Assembly (NCBI GenBank): GCA_051294905.1
Contig: CM119383.1
Span: 13,144,001 to 13,177,000, forward strand
Direction of reading: 5' to 3'
DNA length: 33,000 nucleotides
Source of the DNA: Botryllus schlosseri
Taxonomy: Eukaryota
The position numbers were made by a program, and so were the translations under genes. The notes beneath the pieces are model-generated. The model made no database searches, was not told the origin of the DNA, and was given only the letters and a program-made list of their open reading frames with translations. Below are positions 31,101-33,000 of the stretch, one piece after another; position 1 is the first letter of the stretch, and each line of letters starts with the position of its first letter.

Positions 31101-31326
31101 GAGGAAGAACTCTCCTGCTTTATTGATAGCATCTTCCATCCACCGGACTCGGATATATTTTGAGTACTTATGATTTTGACATTGTTCCAATCGTGATTAC
31201 ATGAAATCTTTAACGAAGCGTCACTTTTAGAGAGGCTGCTCGGCGAGCATGTGGAGCTTGATTTGTCATCGTCAAGGCATATCTCCACATATACATTCAC
31301 TTGGCCGCATAAATCTGCCGAGAATG
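25020..31326 (-). CDS. Upstream multi-exon coding region (5'-incomplete) made of CARDB-like beta-sandwich repeats; separate tandem gene or N-terminal part of the gene below
   Basis: Long minus-strand ORFs (274, 144, 113, 147, 84, 285 aa) bounded by splice sites and linkable in phase from 31326 to 25561. Repeated CG..hhh..D...NN...h.h.C and FYISKDGQLSEDD motifs. A donor site (AG|GTAAGT) at 32998/32997 suggests another exon beyond the window edge. Confidence 0.7.
25196..25281 (-). CDS. Candidate exon (VESLSIKPEFNSAKAECIKIPI…), ends at TGA 25196-25198 or at a weak donor at 25217/25216
   Basis: Phase-1 acceptor AATATAG matches the exon ending at 25561; poor pyrimidine tract. Confidence 0.3.
25561..25665 (-). 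CDS. Exon (DFEQHTVATISCNGIAAFEDMFCVSGQLRYMLSVS)
   Basis: Acceptor TGTTTTAG, donor CAG|GTAAGG, phase 1->1; 58-nt intron upstream. Confidence 0.7.
25724..26503 (-). CDS. Exon (780 nt): CARDB-like repeats (FYEEIIENDNNYLALELKLVGC; GLFYLDHQDFNRNGLYLG…ICG)
   Basis: ORF 25689..26546; acceptor CCCTTTCAG, donor CAG|GTATGA, phase 1->1. Confidence 0.85.
27189..27418 (-). CDS. Exon: CARDB-like repeat (…CSRFMNLNNTIFLIAATDKEG)
   Basis: Extends ORF 27124..27378; donor AG|GTTCGT, phase 2->1; joining gives FLIAATDKEGFYEEIIENDNN. Confidence 0.7.
27575..27960. mobile_element. hAT (Buster/Charlie-like) MITE, family C copy 2
   Basis: Right end TTGGGAATCACTG, decayed left end; TSD GGTTATAT/GGTTAAAT; collinear with 19531-19900. 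Confidence 0.8.
28301..28749 (-). CDS. Exon: CARDB-like repeat (…YSFYISKDGQLSEDDVMVY)
   Basis: ORF 28297..28740; donor GTGAGC in phase 2; 5' boundary ambiguous (28749 or 28687). Confidence 0.75.
28878..28935 (-). CDS. Exon start (CSPVLTYLTSNHPRFDMRLW); 3' boundary uncertain, in-frame TGAs follow
   Basis: Acceptor TTTTTATAG in phase 2 matches the exon ending at 29339; donor GTGTAT is weak. Confidence 0.45.
29339..29575 (-). CDS. Exon (QMKLETRAIDGTKGVVYYVENSS…AEPEQCRKE)
   Basis: Within ORF 29302..29643; acceptor CCAAACAG, donor GTATGT, phase 2->2. Confidence 0.75.
29918..30042 (-). CDS. Exon (IKNIQRHVFFGYPMPVEIALSVTCNGSDCSS…)
   Basis: Acceptor TTTTACAG, donor GTAAGT, phase 0->2; 55-nt intron upstream. 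Confidence 0.8.
30098..30429 (-). CDS. Exon (…RRIFSWTGKYMLTLP…STSVK); alternative 5' boundary 30345
   Basis: ORF 29993..30427; donor AAG|GTAAAT, phase 1->0. Confidence 0.7.
30505..31326 (-). CDS. Exon (822 nt): CARDB-like repeats (LCGQVNVYVEICLD…LKISC; CNLGVHILLMKIDDTNDLIFSNNYIAFHVPVDC)
   Basis: Extends ORF 30476..31300; acceptor TGTTACAG, donor G|GTGAGT, phase 1->1. Confidence 0.85.
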
Positions 31327-31599
31327 CTGTAACAGGATTTATTTAAATGTATCATCTGCATACTCAAATATACAGGCACAAATGAATGATTACAACTGAG
31401 TATGGTTGGACATCAACAATATAACTTAACAGGCCTGCTTCACAATATGCACAAGATCAATTATGTTGATTGATAGGATTGGTATGTCCGATTCGATTTT
31501 TGATATTTTTCTAACTTCAAAACAATGCGGTTTGAAATTTCACTGACAAGAGCAATTGAGCACACATATACTAACCAATCCCACGAAGATGCATTAGAG

Positions 31600-32702
31600 C
31601 AGGGGTGGGCAAACTACGGCCCGCATGCGGCCCGCAACACCGTTCTGTGCGGCCCGCGAGAGTCGAAAGAAACTTTTTTTTTATATTGATAAAATGCGTA
31701 CTAAAAATCGAATTATTGCAGGGACTTGATTAACTATTTCTTAGTATATTTCACCATGATAATTCTAAGACAGTGGTTCTCAAACTGGTGGGCTCGCTCC
31801 CCTTGGGGGCGTGAAAGCATCTGAAGGGGGACGCGAAGCTAAGCGCAACTGAAAAATTTTCGCGCTCCGCGCGATTTACTTCGAATTCAAAGTTTTTGCT
31901 CTGTATTTAGTCTGAATTACATATATTAAAAATCTCTCATCCACAGTCGTAACCTTCCATGCCATTAAACTATCCGTTAGGTTTGCTAGCATCCTGGTTT
32001 CGTTTTGTGATATGACGATAAGGGGGCGCGAAATCTTTTACCATCATAAGGGGGGGGGGGCGTGTCTTAAAAAGTTGATCTAAGGTAAATACTTAATATC
32101 ACAGCGGGATAGCTGCAACGAGATTGACATAATTTGGATCACGAGTGGGATTTCAGATTGACCACTCCATTTTTAATTATTTCAGTGTTGTGCTTATAAA
32201 AAACGATTCGGGCGTGTCTTAGGTAGATTCGTTTGTATGCGTAGAATTGGGGTATTTATATTTTATCTACACATAGTAGAAGCGTGTTTGAAGCTAACAT
32301 GGTTATGATGCTGTCAGCATTGTGTGTCCTGGAACTGAACCAAAAGTGGAATTAGTAAATCTATGTACAGATCGCTGCTCACAGATTTAAATTTCAATCA
32401 TGTTCTAAGAATCGGGCCAACCGACTTTCATCTCATCTCTATAGTTTTGACAATTTTGTTATTGAGGTCCGCCAGCCTATGAAATCTCGCCACTACATGT
32501 TTCTGACGCGTGTACGATATCATCAAAGCAATGTTTGGCTTGATTTAAATAAGCACTTACGTATATTATCTCCATGTCCTCACTATATAATCAAATATCA
32601 ATATTGCGTTTTGGTTAATAATCCCAATTTTATATAGTGCGGCCCGCGAATGGATTCGGATGTTGAATGCGGCCCGCGAGCTCAAAAGTTTGCCCACCCC
32701 TG
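31600..32702. mobile_element. hAT (Buster/Charlie-like) MITE, family D (1103 bp including nested insert)
   Basis: Perfect 16-bp TIR CAGGGGTGGGCAAACT…AGTTTGCCCACCCCTG; perfect TSD CATTAGAG (31592-31599, 32703-32710); subterminal GCGGCCCGC repeats at both ends. Confidence 0.92.
31771..32078. mobile_element. Nested Buster/Charlie-like MITE with truncated right TIR
   Basis: Left CAGTGGTTCTCAAACT preceded by TTCTAAGA; right end …AAAAAGTTGA runs directly into TCTAAGG, so the terminal ~10 bp appear deleted. Confidence 0.6.
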
Positions 32703-33000
32703 CATTAGAGCCTATAACATACATAATTCATACTTGAATGTCATACAAGAAAATGAGGATGCATTTGCTATGAAATGAAAATGGCTGTTCATTGTTCATT
32801 ACTAGGATTGCCAGGGTTTGTCGGACAATGGCCATGTTATTTGTCCCACTAGTATCCTAGGTAACTTATTCACTCATGTGTGGTAAGCTTCATTAATCGT
32901 TAGTGATGTTAAAATCGCAGCATTATCGGTGTCATAAGAATGTTGAACAAGTGAATTTAAGTTTCTCATACATAGTGAATTCAAGTCAGGTACTTACCTA

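Noticed and set aside
765-31300. Plus-strand ORFs in the track (e.g. 765..971, 5738..5986, 12482..12748, 25464..25772, 27074..27469, 30608..30790)
   Set aside because: Most are antisense shadows of minus-strand exons or intronic chance ORFs; no recognisable domains or coherent plus-strand splice chain.
32760-32860. Possible extra exon after TACCTAG (ILVGQITWPLSDKPWQS or DTSGTNNMAIVRQTL…)
   Set aside because: Weak donors and the upstream phase is unknown because the previous exon is cut by the window edge; cannot be supported.

Overview
AT-rich animal (invertebrate) genomic DNA with many short introns (55-65 nt); a tunicate-like compact genome is a guess, not established. Almost the whole window is one minus-strand, multi-exon locus that I reconstructed by hand from splice sites, phases and ORFs. 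From an ATG at 24913 with a signal-peptide-like N-terminus, 33 phase-consistent exons (6876 nt, 2292 codons, running off the left edge) encode a large extracellular protein: CARDB-like beta-sandwich repeats, EGF/cbEGF, TSP1, NIDO-AMOP-VWD (MUC4/SUSD2-type module), a stalk, then EGF/cbEGF repeats. Upstream (about 25.0-31.3 kb, continuing off the right edge) about 11 more same-strand exons (~1,050-1,100 codons) encode further CARDB-like repeats. They are either a tandem gene (possibly an operon partner) or the N-terminus of a >3,300-aa giant protein. Introns are packed with non-autonomous transposons: several hAT MITE families with 8-bp TSDs (some nested), a TTAA-flanked Kolobok-like foldback element, a tRNA-derived SINE, retroelement 3' fragments and an unclassified repeat ending in a perfect 29-bp hairpin. 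I found no rRNA, genuine tRNA, CRISPR array or supported plus-strand gene. All domain names come from motif recognition by eye, not from searches.
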